A program made the translations under genes and the position numbers. Source: Desulfobacteraceae bacterium (lineage in GTDB: Bacteria > Desulfobacterota > Desulfobacteria > Desulfobacterales > ETH-SRB1). Taken from it: DNA of 39,471 nucleotides. The notes beneath the pieces are model-generated. The model ran no database searches. It worked only from the letters and a program-made list of their open reading frames with translations, and was not told where the DNA came from. The stretch is from assembly GCA_013792055.1 (NCBI GenBank), contig VMSQ01000189.1:1-39471 (forward strand). Direction: 5' to 3'. Below are positions 1 to 9,428 of this stretch, one piece after another; position 1 is the first letter of the stretch; the number at the start of each line of letters is the position of its first letter.

Positions 1-2
1 CA

Positions 3-1409
3 TCCCAGCAAAAAGTTGTAGAACGTAACTGGAACGGGCCGGTACGGGTTCTTGGCGGCGCAGGAACAGGGAAAACCGTTGCAGCTATACATAGAGCAAA
101 ATGGCTTGTTCAAAATGTCTTTATAAATGGAAAAGATCGAATTTTGTTTACAACTTTCACTCGTAATCTATCGGCGGACATTCAAGAGAACTTGAGTAAA
201 ATCTGCTCAAGAGAAATGATGCGCAGAATCGAGGTTGTGAATCTTGACAGATGGGTTGCAGGATTTTTGAAAAAGAATGGCTATGATTATAAAATTGACT
301 ATGGTTATCGAACAGAGCCTTTATGGAATAAAGCACTGGATTTGGTGCCGAGCGAGCTTGATTTTGATTTGTCTTTCTATAGGGAAGAATGGGAACGGGT
401 CATCCAACCTCAAGCTATTACTTCTGCTGAAGACTATATGAAAGCATCTCGTGTGGGCAGAGGTGTTCGGCTAAATCGTAAAACTCGCAAAGCGGTCTGG
501 ACAGTATTTGAAGAATATCGAGCTTTATTAAATGAGCATGGTTTAAGGGAAGGCAATGACGCTATGCGGGATGCGAGACTTTTATTGGAGAGAAAAAAAG
601 AAATACTTCCTTATAAAGCAATAATTGTTGATGAGGCTCAGGATATGGGCATACAGGCATTCAAACTGATAAGGCAAATGATACCTGAAGAAAAGAAAAA
701 TGACCTTTTCATTGTCGGAGATGCGCATCAAAGAATTTATCGGCATAAGGTCGTTCTGGGTCAATGTGGTATAAACATTCGTGGCCGTGGCAGAAAACTC
801 AGGATTAACTATCGGACTACTGACGAAACCCGGAAATGGGCCGTAGGTTTGCTTAAAGGCATTAAGGTTGATGATCTTGATGGAGGAACTGATGACCAGA
901 AAGGCTATAAAGCATTATTACATGGTACCATGCCCGATGTCAGATATTTCAATAATTTTCAGGAGGAAGTTAGTTTTATTGCTGAATATATCGAGAAGAT
1001 AAAAAATGAAACCGGTTCAATCAAGGAAGTGTGCTTGGTAGCACGGACAAACAATCTTCTAAAACAATATGAAAGCGCTATATCTGCCAAAGGTTTTGAA
1101 ATCTACCTTGTCCGCCGCAGCGAGGCTGAAGACCGGTCATCACCTGGCCTGCGTCTGGCAACAATGCATCGTGTAAAGGGACTTGAGTTTGACAGAGTTA
1201 TAATTGCCGGTGTCAATGAAGGCGTTGTACCATTTGAAGGCACTGGGACTAATTCCTCTGATCCAATTATTAAAAGAGAATCTGAAGTCCATGAAAGAGC
1301 ATTATTATATGTCTCGGCAACAAGAGCGAAGAAAGAGGTTGTCGTAACTAGTTTCGGAAAAGCGAGCAGATTTTTAAATCAATGGAACTACCAACTTAAG
1401 GCTGTCTGA
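3..1409 (+). CDS. UvrD/REP-like SF1A DNA helicase, 5'-truncated by the window edge
   Basis: Frame is open from nt 3 (SQQKVVERNWNGPVRVLGGAGTGKT, Walker A), upstream of the track's 144 start; also IIVDEAQD, VGDAHQRIY, NYRTT, TMHRVKGLEF, YVSATRA motifs. Confidence 0.9.
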   Translation, partial: SQQKVVERNWNGPVRVLGGAGTGKTVAAIHRAKWLVQNVFINGKDRILFTTFTRNLSADIQENLSKICSREMMRRIEVVNLDRWVAGFLKKNGYDYKIDYGYRTEPLWNKALDLVPSELDFDLSFYREEWERVIQPQAITSAEDYMKASRVGRGVRLNRKTRKAVWTVFEEYRALLNEHGLREGNDAMRDARLLLERKKEILPYKAIIVDEAQDMGIQAFKLIRQMIPEEKKNDLFIVGDAHQRIYRHKVVLGQCGINIRGRGRKLRINYRTTDETRKWAVGLLKGIKVDDLDGGTDDQKGYKALLHGTMPDVRYFNNFQEEVSFIAEYIEKIKNETGSIKEVCLVARTNNLLKQYESAISAKGFEIYLVRRSEAEDRSSPGLRLATMHRVKGLEFDRVIIAGVNEGVVPFEGTGTNSSDPIIKRESEVHERALLYVSATRAKKEVVVTSFGKASRFLNQWNYQLKAV

Positions 1410-1459
1410 AGCTTACGCACAGCCGGTTTGGTTTATAAAATATTACAACTGATTTTATT

Positions 1460-3334
1460 ATGAACAAAGATAACTTGGTAAGGTTACATCAGGCAGGAAT
1501 ACTAACTGATATAGACGTTCATTTCGCAGGGTTTATGGCGAATCTTGCGGACAGCAAATATCAGGAAATTTTTCTGGGAGCAGCTCTTGCAAGTAATGTT
1601 ACAGGCAAGGGAGATGTGTGTCTTGACCTTGCATCATTTGCCGGGAAAACGCTGCTCGAAAAAGATGATGGAATGGATGCCGTTATATGTCCTGAGCTTT
1701 CCGTATGGAAGGAAAATTTGATTTCAACAAGGATTGTCGGAAGACCGGAAGATCTTTGCCCCCTTATACTTGATGAAAGAAACAGACTTTATCTTTATCG
1801 CTACTGGGAATATGAAAAAAAACTTTCTGATTCTATAAAAAAGCGTACCAAAGAAGATATCGGCGGTATAAATTTATTGCTTATAAAAGACAGCATAAAG
1901 AGACTTTTCCCTGAAATAATAGATGGCGATATTAACCGGCAGAAGGTCGCGGCCATAACTTCGGCTTTTAAAAAGTTTTGTGTTATTTCCGGCGGCCCTG
2001 GAACAGGTAAAACAACAATTATTGCAAAGATACTTGCCATGTTAATTGAACAGACAGGCAAAGAAAAAAGCCTTAGGATATTTCTTACAGCTCCAACAGG
2101 AAAGGCAACAGCAAGATTAAGTGAATCCATCGGAAACATTAAAAAAAAGCTAAATTGCAAAGATTATATCAAAGCAGCCATACCCACAGAAGCTTTTACA
2201 ATTCACAGGCTGCTGAAAACTATTATCAGATCTCCTTTTTTTCGTCATAATTCTGAAAACCCCCTCCCTGCCGATATCGTTGTGGTAGATGAAGCCTCTA
2301 TGGTTGACCTGCCCTTAATGTCAAAGCTCATACAGGCTGTTCCGGTTGATGCAAGGCTCATACTGATAGGGGACAGCGATCAGCTTGCATCCGTGGATCC
2401 GGGTTCAGTGCTTGGCGACATTTGCGGCAACAAAAGTCTTCGCGGATTTACGACAAATTTTGTTAATAAGGTTGAAGAATTAACAGATGAAAAAATTACT
2501 GATTCTATCAAACAACATAAAGGCATAAAGGCTTTACATGACTGCATTGTTGTTTTGAAAAAAAATTACAGGTTCGCTGATAGCAGTGGAATTGGAGGGT
2601 TAAGCCATGCTGTGAAGCTCGGAGACATTGATAAAACATTAGACCTGCTTAAAAATAAGAATGACAGAAGTATAATATTTGAGGAAATACTGTCGGCTGA
2701 TAATTTCAAACAAATCCTTACGGATAAGGTTGTTGAGTTTTATTCAGAATATCTTAGAACCGATGACCCGGGCAGAGCCCTTAAACTCTTTAATCGCTTT
2801 AAAATACTATGCGCTGTAAAGATGGGGCAATTCGGAGTATATGCAGTAAATAAAATTATTGAACAGATATTGAGACGTGAAAACCTGATACAGACTGAAA
2901 ATTTGTGGTATAAAGGGAGACCGATTCTCATAACCAGCAACGACTATAAACTCAGCCTTTTTAACGGGGATATCGGCATAACCATGCCAATTCAAGGCTC
3001 TGCCAGTAATGATATGCATGTATTTTTTCGCGGCACTTCCGGAGAATTAAAACAGTTTTTGCCTTACAGATTGCCACAGCATGAAACGGTTTATGCGATG
3101 ACAGTTCACAAGAGTCAGGGGTCTGAGTTTGAAAATGTTTTTCTCGTTTTGCCGGATAAAGACTATCCTGTACTTTCAAGAGAGCTTATTTATACAGGTA
3201 TTACAAGGGCCAGCCAGAGTGTAACAATATTGGGTAAAGAAGAAGTTTTAAGAACTTCGATATCAAGGGTAATTGAGCGTAAGTCCGGTCTTCATGATTC
3301 TCTTTGGGGAGGAAAGTCATCTCAAATTTTCTAA
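1460..3334 (+). CDS. recD: Exodeoxyribonuclease V alpha subunit (RecD)
   Basis: N-terminal 'DIDVHFA...LYLYRYWEYE' RecD region, SGGPGTGKTT, APTGKA, TIHRLL, VVDEASMVD, YAMTVHKSQGSEF, YTGITRA. Confidence 0.93.
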   Translation: MNKDNLVRLHQAGILTDIDVHFAGFMANLADSKYQEIFLGAALASNVTGKGDVCLDLASFAGKTLLEKDDGMDAVICPELSVWKENLISTRIVGRPEDLCPLILDERNRLYLYRYWEYEKKLSDSIKKRTKEDIGGINLLLIKDSIKRLFPEIIDGDINRQKVAAITSAFKKFCVISGGPGTGKTTIIAKILAMLIEQTGKEKSLRIFLTAPTGKATARLSESIGNIKKKLNCKDYIKAAIPTEAFTIHRLLKTIIRSPFFRHNSENPLPADIVVVDEASMVDLPLMSKLIQAVPVDARLILIGDSDQLASVDPGSVLGDICGNKSLRGFTTNFVNKVEELTDEKITDSIKQHKGIKALHDCIVVLKKNYRFADSSGIGGLSHAVKLGDIDKTLDLLKNKNDRSIIFEEILSADNFKQILTDKVVEFYSEYLRTDDPGRALKLFNRFKILCAVKMGQFGVYAVNKIIEQILRRENLIQTENLWYKGRPILITSNDYKLSLFNGDIGITMPIQGSASNDMHVFFRGTSGELKQFLPYRLPQHETVYAMTVHKSQGSEFENVFLVLPDKDYPVLSRELIYTGITRASQSVTILGKEEVLRTSISRVIERKSGLHDSLWGGKSSQIF

Positions 3335-3754
3335 ATCTGCCAAATCTTGAGATCGGCCTGTAGCTCGCTTGTTCTTTTTTAAGTTCTCAATATCAATGAA
3401 ATCAATCTGAATTCCATGTATATATTCACTAACTTTAGATTTATAACACTCCCCAAAATCCAAACCACCGGCTGTTGTTAACAAATCAATTCTATTGGGA
3501 GGGTAGCCAAGCTGTATGATCTGATTTGTAGCAATGAAATCTTCCAATTCAAGACCTAATGAACCAAATCCAAATTGATCTAATGCACTTAATAGCCTCT
3601 GCGCATTTTTCTGGGACGACTCTATCCAAATGTCGAGGTCTTTTGTGTAGCGAGGATGCCCGTGGAAAGCGACAGCATACCCACCGACAACCAGATATTT
3701 TACATTATTTTCGTTTAATAATTTTATAAACTCTTTGAAATCTTTGCTCAGCAT
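3317..3754 (-). CDS. Nucleotidyltransferase-fold protein (Pol-beta superfamily)
   Basis: YLVVGGYAVAFHGHPRYTKDLD (GG...DxD) and C-terminal KRATGRSQDLADLE. Confidence 0.8.
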   Translation of the reverse strand: MLSKDFKEFIKLLNENNVKYLVVGGYAVAFHGHPRYTKDLDIWIESSQKNAQRLLSALDQFGFGSLGLELEDFIATNQIIQLGYPPNRIDLLTTAGGLDFGECYKSKVSEYIHGIQIDFIDIENLKKNKRATGRSQDLADLENLR

Positions 3755-3893
3755 TGTATTTCCAATTATTGAATTCTTGACGAATTTGTTCTAACGCATC
3801 GATTCGTTCCTCATATGATTTCAATTGCCAGAAAGAAAAATCATTAGGTTGTTCATCAATCTTATATTTATTTACTACTTTAATTATACTCAT
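3705..3893 (-). CDS. Small 62-aa hypothetical partner of the nucleotidyltransferase
   Basis: ATG at 3893 (MSIIKVV...FWQLKSYEERIDALEQIR...RFQRVYKIIKRK); overlaps the nucleotidyltransferase start by 50 nt. Confidence 0.65.
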   Translation of the reverse strand: MSIIKVVNKYKIDEQPNDFSFWQLKSYEERIDALEQIRQEFNNWKYNAEQRFQRVYKIIKRK

Positions 3894-3941
3894 GATATTT
3901 TCTGTTGTTCGACACCCTATCTTTTCCAAAATTTAAATTTA

Positions 3942-5564
3942 TTATAACTTGCCTGAAAACAATGTATCAAGATAGAATTTTGTTATGTTATCCATGTTTT
4001 CAAATCTGTGATCTTTTTGTTCATTTTTTAATGCCAGCTCATTTCTAATATCAGATGCTAATTTTTTTCCCAGCTCCACACCAAACTGGTCAAAGGGATT
4101 TATTCCCCATATAAAAGCCTCAAAAACAGTTTTTGCCTCATAAAATGACAAGAGATGGCCAACACTTTCAGGCGAAAGATCGTTTATAAGTATGGTGGAA
4201 GAGGGCCTGTTGCCCGGAAAGTATTTTGCTTTATTCTTATCTTCTTTTCCCAAAGCAAGTGCTGCCGGCTGTGAGATCAGATTTGCCCACAATTCCTGAT
4301 GATTTGTAACGCCCTTTGATTTGTAATTATACTGATTATACTGAGGTTTGATCACTCCTATAAACTCAATGGGAAAGGGACGTCCCTGATGCGCCAGTTG
4401 AAAAAAAGAATGCTGCGCATTTGTGCCCGGCTCTCCAAAAACAACAGCGCCTGCGGGTTCATCCAGGGAATGGCCTTCCTGCGTTACTGATTTGCCGTTA
4501 CTTTCCATGCTGAGCTGCTGAATATGGGGCGCCAGCTTTTGCAGCGGAGATGCATAGGGAATTATTGCCTGAGTTTGATATCCCAGAAAATTATTGTTCC
4601 ATATTGAAATAAGAGCAGCGACCAGAGGGATATTTTTTTCAAATGGAGCATTTTTTGCGTGAATATCCATTTCTTCTGCGCCTTTTAAAAAACGCTCAAA
4701 CTTATCATATCCCAGATACAGACTAAGAGGTACACCGCCAACCGCAGAGGTTACACTGTATCTGCCTCCTATAAAATCGAACATGTGAAATGAAGCCAGA
4801 ACAGGATTTGCAGGATCGTCTCCGGGGCTTCCTTTGCTGGTAACGGTTACAAGGTGCTTAGAAGGATCAAGTCCTTTTTCTTTCATAAATGAAACAGCAA
4901 GATTTGTATTAGCTGTAGTTTCGGCTGTTGTATAGCTTTTTGAAATAACTATCCACAAGGTAGTTTCAGGATCTATGGTGGGTACTAAGTTCCCAAAATT
5001 ATGGATATCTACATTCGACAAAAAATGTATTTTAATATCTTTATTCGCAAAGGCTTCCAAGGCACGTGAAACAAACTCTGTGCCCAGATAAGATCCCCCG
5101 ATTCCTATTACAACAACATGTTTAAAAGGTCTGCCGCTTGATCCGGCTATCTTCCCATTATGAACTTCTGAAGCAAATTCCCGGATATTCTCTCTTGTTT
5201 TGATTATCTCGGGCATTACATCTTTTTCATCTATAAAAATAGAATTGCCTGAGAAATTTCTTGAAGCAGTATGAAGAGCAGCTCTGTTTTCAGAAACATT
5301 TATTTTTTCACCATTCATCATTGCAATAAACCGCTCTTTTAGTTTTCTTGCTTCTGCCAGTTTAAAAAGTAGAGACATGGCCTTTTCATCTACTCTCTGA
5401 CGGGAAAAATCATAGAAGATATGCTTGTGTTTTAAGGAGAATTTTTCGAGCCGGTCATTTTCTTTGATGAGATATTTTAAGTGCTTCTCGGGGCGGCTGA
5501 AGTTTTCAGCATGTTTCTTCAGGCTGTTCCATGCGGGAATGGTGCTTAGATTTTGAGGTGTCAT
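3942..5564 (-). CDS. pgi: Glucose-6-phosphate isomerase
   Basis: INVSENRAALH, GIGGSYLG, SKSYTTAET, GGRYSV, QQLSMESNGK, GTNAQHSF, NPFDQFGVELGK. Start moved to ATG 5564 because the track's 5603 start lies inside tandem repeats. Confidence 0.96.
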   Translation of the reverse strand: MTPQNLSTIPAWNSLKKHAENFSRPEKHLKYLIKENDRLEKFSLKHKHIFYDFSRQRVDEKAMSLLFKLAEARKLKERFIAMMNGEKINVSENRAALHTASRNFSGNSIFIDEKDVMPEIIKTRENIREFASEVHNGKIAGSSGRPFKHVVVIGIGGSYLGTEFVSRALEAFANKDIKIHFLSNVDIHNFGNLVPTIDPETTLWIVISKSYTTAETTANTNLAVSFMKEKGLDPSKHLVTVTSKGSPGDDPANPVLASFHMFDFIGGRYSVTSAVGGVPLSLYLGYDKFERFLKGAEEMDIHAKNAPFEKNIPLVAALISIWNNNFLGYQTQAIIPYASPLQKLAPHIQQLSMESNGKSVTQEGHSLDEPAGAVVFGEPGTNAQHSFFQLAHQGRPFPIEFIGVIKPQYNQYNYKSKGVTNHQELWANLISQPAALALGKEDKNKAKYFPGNRPSSTILINDLSPESVGHLLSFYEAKTVFEAFIWGINPFDQFGVELGKKLASDIRNELALKNEQKDHRFENMDNITKFYLDTLFSGKL

Positions 5565-5580
5565 AATGTAAGCCTTTAAA

Positions 5581-5620
5581 TAGTCGAGTAGTCGAGTAGT
5601 CAAGTGGTCGAGTAGTCAAC
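5581..5620. repeat. Five tandem octamers, consensus TAGTCGAG
   Basis: TAGTCGAG TAGTCGAG TAGTCAAG TGGTCGAG TAGTCAAC read directly. Confidence 0.9.
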
Positions 5621-5625
5621 CACTC

Positions 5626-5703
5626 AGGTTCATGGTTCAGAGTTACTTTTCTTTCGTTAACCTTCAATCAACCCTGAACATCTGAACCGCTGAACCTCTG
5701 AAC
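5626..5703. repeat. Four tandem NNCTGAAC octamers (5672-5703) with inverted GGTTCA copies (5626-5642)
   Basis: CCCTGAAC ATCTGAAC CGCTGAAC CTCTGAAC; upstream AGGTTCATGGTTCAGAG is complementary to them. Confidence 0.85.
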
Positions 5704-5705
5704 GG

Positions 5706-6338
5706 TTACTTTTTATCTTCTATGCATTTATATACATCCCTTATAATTCTGCCGGAGATATTTGCCATTGCTTTGCTCATAGCTTCTGCAAGAGACTGTG
5801 GATTTTTACTGCTGCAAGGTTCTATGGCGCTGTATTGTTTTTGCATGAGCACGCTTTTGCTGATATCCGGTTCATTTTTTGACATAAGCGTGATGTTTAT
5901 GGAAAGAACTGCTTTCCAAATATCATTGTCGTCTTGTTCAAAAAACTCATCAACTGTTCCGTTAATTATATATGTTGATGAACAACTGCTGTTTGAACTG
6001 AATGCCGTTCTGAAGAGTGAAGAGCACTTTATATCCCTTGTCAGATAATAAGTGACAAAATCGCCTGGGTTTGCCATCCACTTATGATAAATATAAGCAT
6101 CTCTTATAAACTTTTTTTGACTGTATATTATCCTGGTTGAGTCGTATAAAGGAGCTACATTAAAGCGTTCAATATAAATAACAAATGGAAGGGATTTTAG
6201 ACTTGCGGCTTTAGGAGGATCATATTCCAATGTGTAGTAATTAATTTTTTTGTTTGGTTTCTGTGTTAAATTCAGACAACCACATACAAGCAGGGCTGAA
6301 AGGATAATCAAATAAATAATTTTTTTTGAATAATTCAT
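5706..6338 (-). CDS. ABC-type transport auxiliary lipoprotein (PqiC-like)
   Basis: Lipobox-like LLVCGC after a hydrophobic signal; 'YYTLEY', 'YHKWMANP'; last gene of the MlaE/F/D operon. Confidence 0.8.
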   Translation of the reverse strand: MNYSKKIIYLIILSALLVCGCLNLTQKPNKKINYYTLEYDPPKAASLKSLPFVIYIERFNVAPLYDSTRIIYSQKKFIRDAYIYHKWMANPGDFVTYYLTRDIKCSSLFRTAFSSNSSCSSTYIINGTVDEFFEQDDNDIWKAVLSINITLMSKNEPDISKSVLMQKQYSAIEPCSSKNPQSLAEAMSKAMANISGRIIRDVYKCIEDKK

Positions 6339-6339
6339 T

Positions 6340-7335
6340 TTATTTAATTGGTTCCACGTTTTTTTCAGCGAGCGGCTCTCCGAAGATAATTTGCGAAGGC
6401 TGATCAGATATAAGATCTAAGAGCCTGTTCATATTATAACTTGCCTTTTCTAAATTTTGCAGAGTTATAAAAAGCTGGCGCTGCAGAATTGAAAATTTTA
6501 CATCTGCATTTTTAATAAGTTCCGAACCATTCCCCATTAAAATATCTGCATCTTTCATGGTATGTTTAAAATTGGAGATAGCTTCTGTAAATTCTTTTTT
6601 GTTTTCTTCAACAATACTATCAATCTTGCCGACTGTTTTATCAGCGTTCACTGAAAAATTATTAAATGATGAGCTGGCATGAATAAAGGATTCCATTACG
6701 TTATTCCATTTTTTTACGTCCAGCATTAATTCCACCTTATCAAGAGATGCTTTGATATCAGATGATATTTTTTCGATTTGTGCATCCGCGACAGTTTTGT
6801 TTATCGTGTCGAGCGTGTTTTTAAACTCAGCAGTTATTCCTTGCAAGTCCAGTGCATTGATTTGATTCAGCACATTATCTATACCTTTTATAATCTGACT
6901 TATGTTAGATGGTTTTGTGGCAATAACAGGATATTCTGAAGGAAAAGTTGTTTCAGGTGAAAGGTCAGGCTCGTCATCCTTTTTTCGTTCAAGCTCAATA
7001 AACATTATACCGGTAATACCTACTGACTTTAACTCGGCAACCATGTCTTCAAGATGATCTTCCAGCTTTAAGCTGGATTCAATTTTTAATATTACCTTAA
7101 TCAGGGCTGCGTCAGGCGCGACGACTATATTCTCAACCCGTCCTATGGATACACCCCTGTATTTAACAGGGGAATCCTTGTCAAGCCCTTGGACAGATTC
7201 ATCAAAATAAACGATATAATACTGACTTTCTTCAAGATAATGGAATTTCCCAAGCCACATTATTGTAACCATGGCTATGACAAATCCTATCATTACAAAA
7301 AGACCTACAGTAAATTTGGTTTTAATAGAAGCCAT
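6340..7335 (-). CDS. mlaD: MlaD/MCE family protein
   Basis: N-terminal TM helix (VGLFV), FDESVQGLDKDSPVKYRGVSIGRV MCE motif, long helical C-terminus. Confidence 0.88.
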   Translation of the reverse strand: MASIKTKFTVGLFVMIGFVIAMVTIMWLGKFHYLEESQYYIVYFDESVQGLDKDSPVKYRGVSIGRVENIVVAPDAALIKVILKIESSLKLEDHLEDMVAELKSVGITGIMFIELERKKDDEPDLSPETTFPSEYPVIATKPSNISQIIKGIDNVLNQINALDLQGITAEFKNTLDTINKTVADAQIEKISSDIKASLDKVELMLDVKKWNNVMESFIHASSSFNNFSVNADKTVGKIDSIVEENKKEFTEAISNFKHTMKDADILMGNGSELIKNADVKFSILQRQLFITLQNLEKASYNMNRLLDLISDQPSQIIFGEPLAEKNVEPIK

Positions 7336-7337
7336 TT

Positions 7338-8096
7338 TTATATCCTGCTTTTTGCTTTGCGATTGAAGAACTGCCTGACGGATACATTTTGACTATTATC
7401 TTTCAAATATCTGGGATCTCCTTCAGCAATTATACTTTTTGTTTTTTTATCAAGCATAATTATGCGTTGCGCAATGTTTAATATGCTGTCAAGTGCATGA
7501 GTAACAATAACAATTGTAGCTCCGATGCTTTTATTGATTAATAAAATCAATTCATCGATTTCTGCAGAGCTGACAGGATCAAGGCCGGCTGTTGGTTCAT
7601 CGAGAAAAAGAATTTTTGGATTAAGCGCCAGAGCCCTTGCTAATCCAGCCCTTTTTTTCATTCCTCCACTAATTTCTGAGGGCAGGTAATTTTCATACCC
7701 GTCAAGATTAACCATACAAAGTTTCATCCTGACTAAATTTGCTATAGAACTTTTTGAAAGACCAGAATATTCCTGAATAGGAAGAGCTATATTTTCAGCT
7801 ACGGTCATTGATCCGAACAGAGCGCTGCTTTGAAACAAAACCCCTATTTTTTTTAGCGCGTTAAAGTGTGAATCATCACTTGATGTAATATCTTCGCCCT
7901 CTATCATTATATTTCCCGAGAAAGGCCTATCGAGTCCGATCATATGTCTTAGCAGGGTTGATTTGCCACATCCACTGCTGCCAAGGACTACCAGTATTTC
8001 TCCTTCAAAGACATCAAAGCTTATATCCTTAAGGATTAAATCATCTCCGTACCGGGCAACAAGATTTTTTACATTTATGATGGCTTGTTTTTTCAT
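7338..8096 (-). CDS. mlaF: ABC transporter ATP-binding protein (MlaF/Mkl family)
   Basis: GSSGCGKS, ISGGMKKRAGLARA, LFLDEPTAGLDP; ATG 8096 avoids overlap with mlaE. Confidence 0.9.
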   Translation of the reverse strand: MKKQAIINVKNLVARYGDDLILKDISFDVFEGEILVVLGSSGCGKSTLLRHMIGLDRPFSGNIMIEGEDITSSDDSHFNALKKIGVLFQSSALFGSMTVAENIALPIQEYSGLSKSSIANLVRMKLCMVNLDGYENYLPSEISGGMKKRAGLARALALNPKILFLDEPTAGLDPVSSAEIDELILLINKSIGATIVIVTHALDSILNIAQRIIMLDKKTKSIIAEGDPRYLKDNSQNVSVRQFFNRKAKSRI

Positions 8097-8109
8097 TGGC
8101 TGAGAATTA

Positions 8110-9252
8110 TTACCAGAAACTGCGAAGCACGGCAAAAATTGAATCAAAAAGTATTATCAGAAAAATACTGCTGACAACAGCCGATGTCGCGGCGTTGCCG
8201 ACAGAATCAGCGCCACCTCTTGTCTGAAAACCTCTCAAACATCCTATCCATGCTACAATTGCTGCAAATACGAAGCTTTTACCCATGCCCCACATTACTT
8301 CAAACAGCGTAAGTGTTTTTATTGTTTGATTTATATAGGATGTTGTGCTCAGATCAAGCATAAATACTCCCACCAGGAGTCCTCCTGAAATTGCGAATAC
8401 ATCTGAAAAAAGAGTTAATAGCGGAACAACAATAATGCAGGCTATGATTCTGGGAACGGCCAGAAATATTGTTGGGTTAAATCCCATAGTAAAAAGAGCA
8501 TCAATTTCTTCTGAAATCTTCATGGAACCAATTTCTGCAGCAAAAGCAGAGCCGGATCTTCCAGCCACGACAATTGCTGTCATAATCGGTCCAAGTTCCG
8601 ATACCATAGCAATAGATACCAGCGAGGCAACATATATGTTTGCGCCGAATTGCTGCAGTTGAAGGGATGACATGAATGCCATGACAAGTCCGAGCAGAAA
8701 GCTGATGAGTGCAACTATAGGCAGGGCATCCACACCGGTTTTTTTCATATATGTTATAGTGTCATTTATACGCAGGTCTTTAGGATGAATACAGACATGG
8801 ATAAAAGACAGAATAACAGAGCCCAGAAAGGAAATGAAAAACCTTATATTGTCAGTATGTTGTATGGCTGTTTCACCAAGATCTACAAGAATATTGGGGG
8901 GCTTATATTTTTTCAGAGGTACAAAATATTCATGAGATTCAAAATTAACTAATGAAAGAATTTCTTTTATATTGTCTTTGACATTAACAACATTAAACTT
9001 TGCCTTTTGTTCGGCCACGAGGTGTTTTATCTCAAGAAGAACAAGCGCTCCAAAATCATCAAGATAATCAACTTCGCCAAGGTCTATTACCAGTGAAGAA
9101 AGGGAATTGCCCTTTATGGCAGGAGTAAGTTTTTTAAGAATGTGGGCCGAGTTTTTAATATCAATTTTACCTTTTAAGAGGATTGAAATTTTTCCTTTTT
9201 CTTTTTCAGAAATTTCATAAAAGCGGGATGATAATTGCTCTGATTTCATCAT
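8110..9252 (-). CDS. mlaE: MlaE family permease with N-terminal STAS domain
   Basis: IDLGEVDYLDDFG STAS-like segment; ELGPIMTAIVVAGRSGSAFAAEIGSMKISEEIDAL MlaE signature. Confidence 0.9.
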   Translation of the reverse strand: MMKSEQLSSRFYEISEKEKGKISILLKGKIDIKNSAHILKKLTPAIKGNSLSSLVIDLGEVDYLDDFGALVLLEIKHLVAEQKAKFNVVNVKDNIKEILSLVNFESHEYFVPLKKYKPPNILVDLGETAIQHTDNIRFFISFLGSVILSFIHVCIHPKDLRINDTITYMKKTGVDALPIVALISFLLGLVMAFMSSLQLQQFGANIYVASLVSIAMVSELGPIMTAIVVAGRSGSAFAAEIGSMKISEEIDALFTMGFNPTIFLAVPRIIACIIVVPLLTLFSDVFAISGGLLVGVFMLDLSTTSYINQTIKTLTLFEVMWGMGKSFVFAAIVAWIGCLRGFQTRGGADSVGNAATSAVVSSIFLIILFDSIFAVLRSFW

Positions 9253-9262
9253 ATCTTTAATA

Positions 9263-9428
9263 TTGACAAACTCCTAAAAAGTCACGGATTTAACTTTAGA
9301 TGGCTAAGTAAAAAGGTTCATATACAAGGCGTAGGAGTTTTTCAGGGCCGAAGGCATACATATAGTATGTCGAGGGTCTGAAAAAATACTACAACGCAGT
9401 AGATGGGACTTTTTACGACGCCATTCAA
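9263..9428. mobile_element. Nested-palindrome miniature element (MITE/REP-like)
   Basis: Ends TTGA..TAAAAAGTC / GACTTTTTAC..TCAA; inner ATGGC..GTAAAAAG / CTTTTTAC..GCCAT; TTTTTCAG / CTGAAAAA; central GGCATAC-ATATA-GTATGTC hairpin. Confidence 0.7.

Noticed and set aside
5581-5703. Possible mini-CRISPR
   Set aside because: Contiguous 8 bp units with no spacers.
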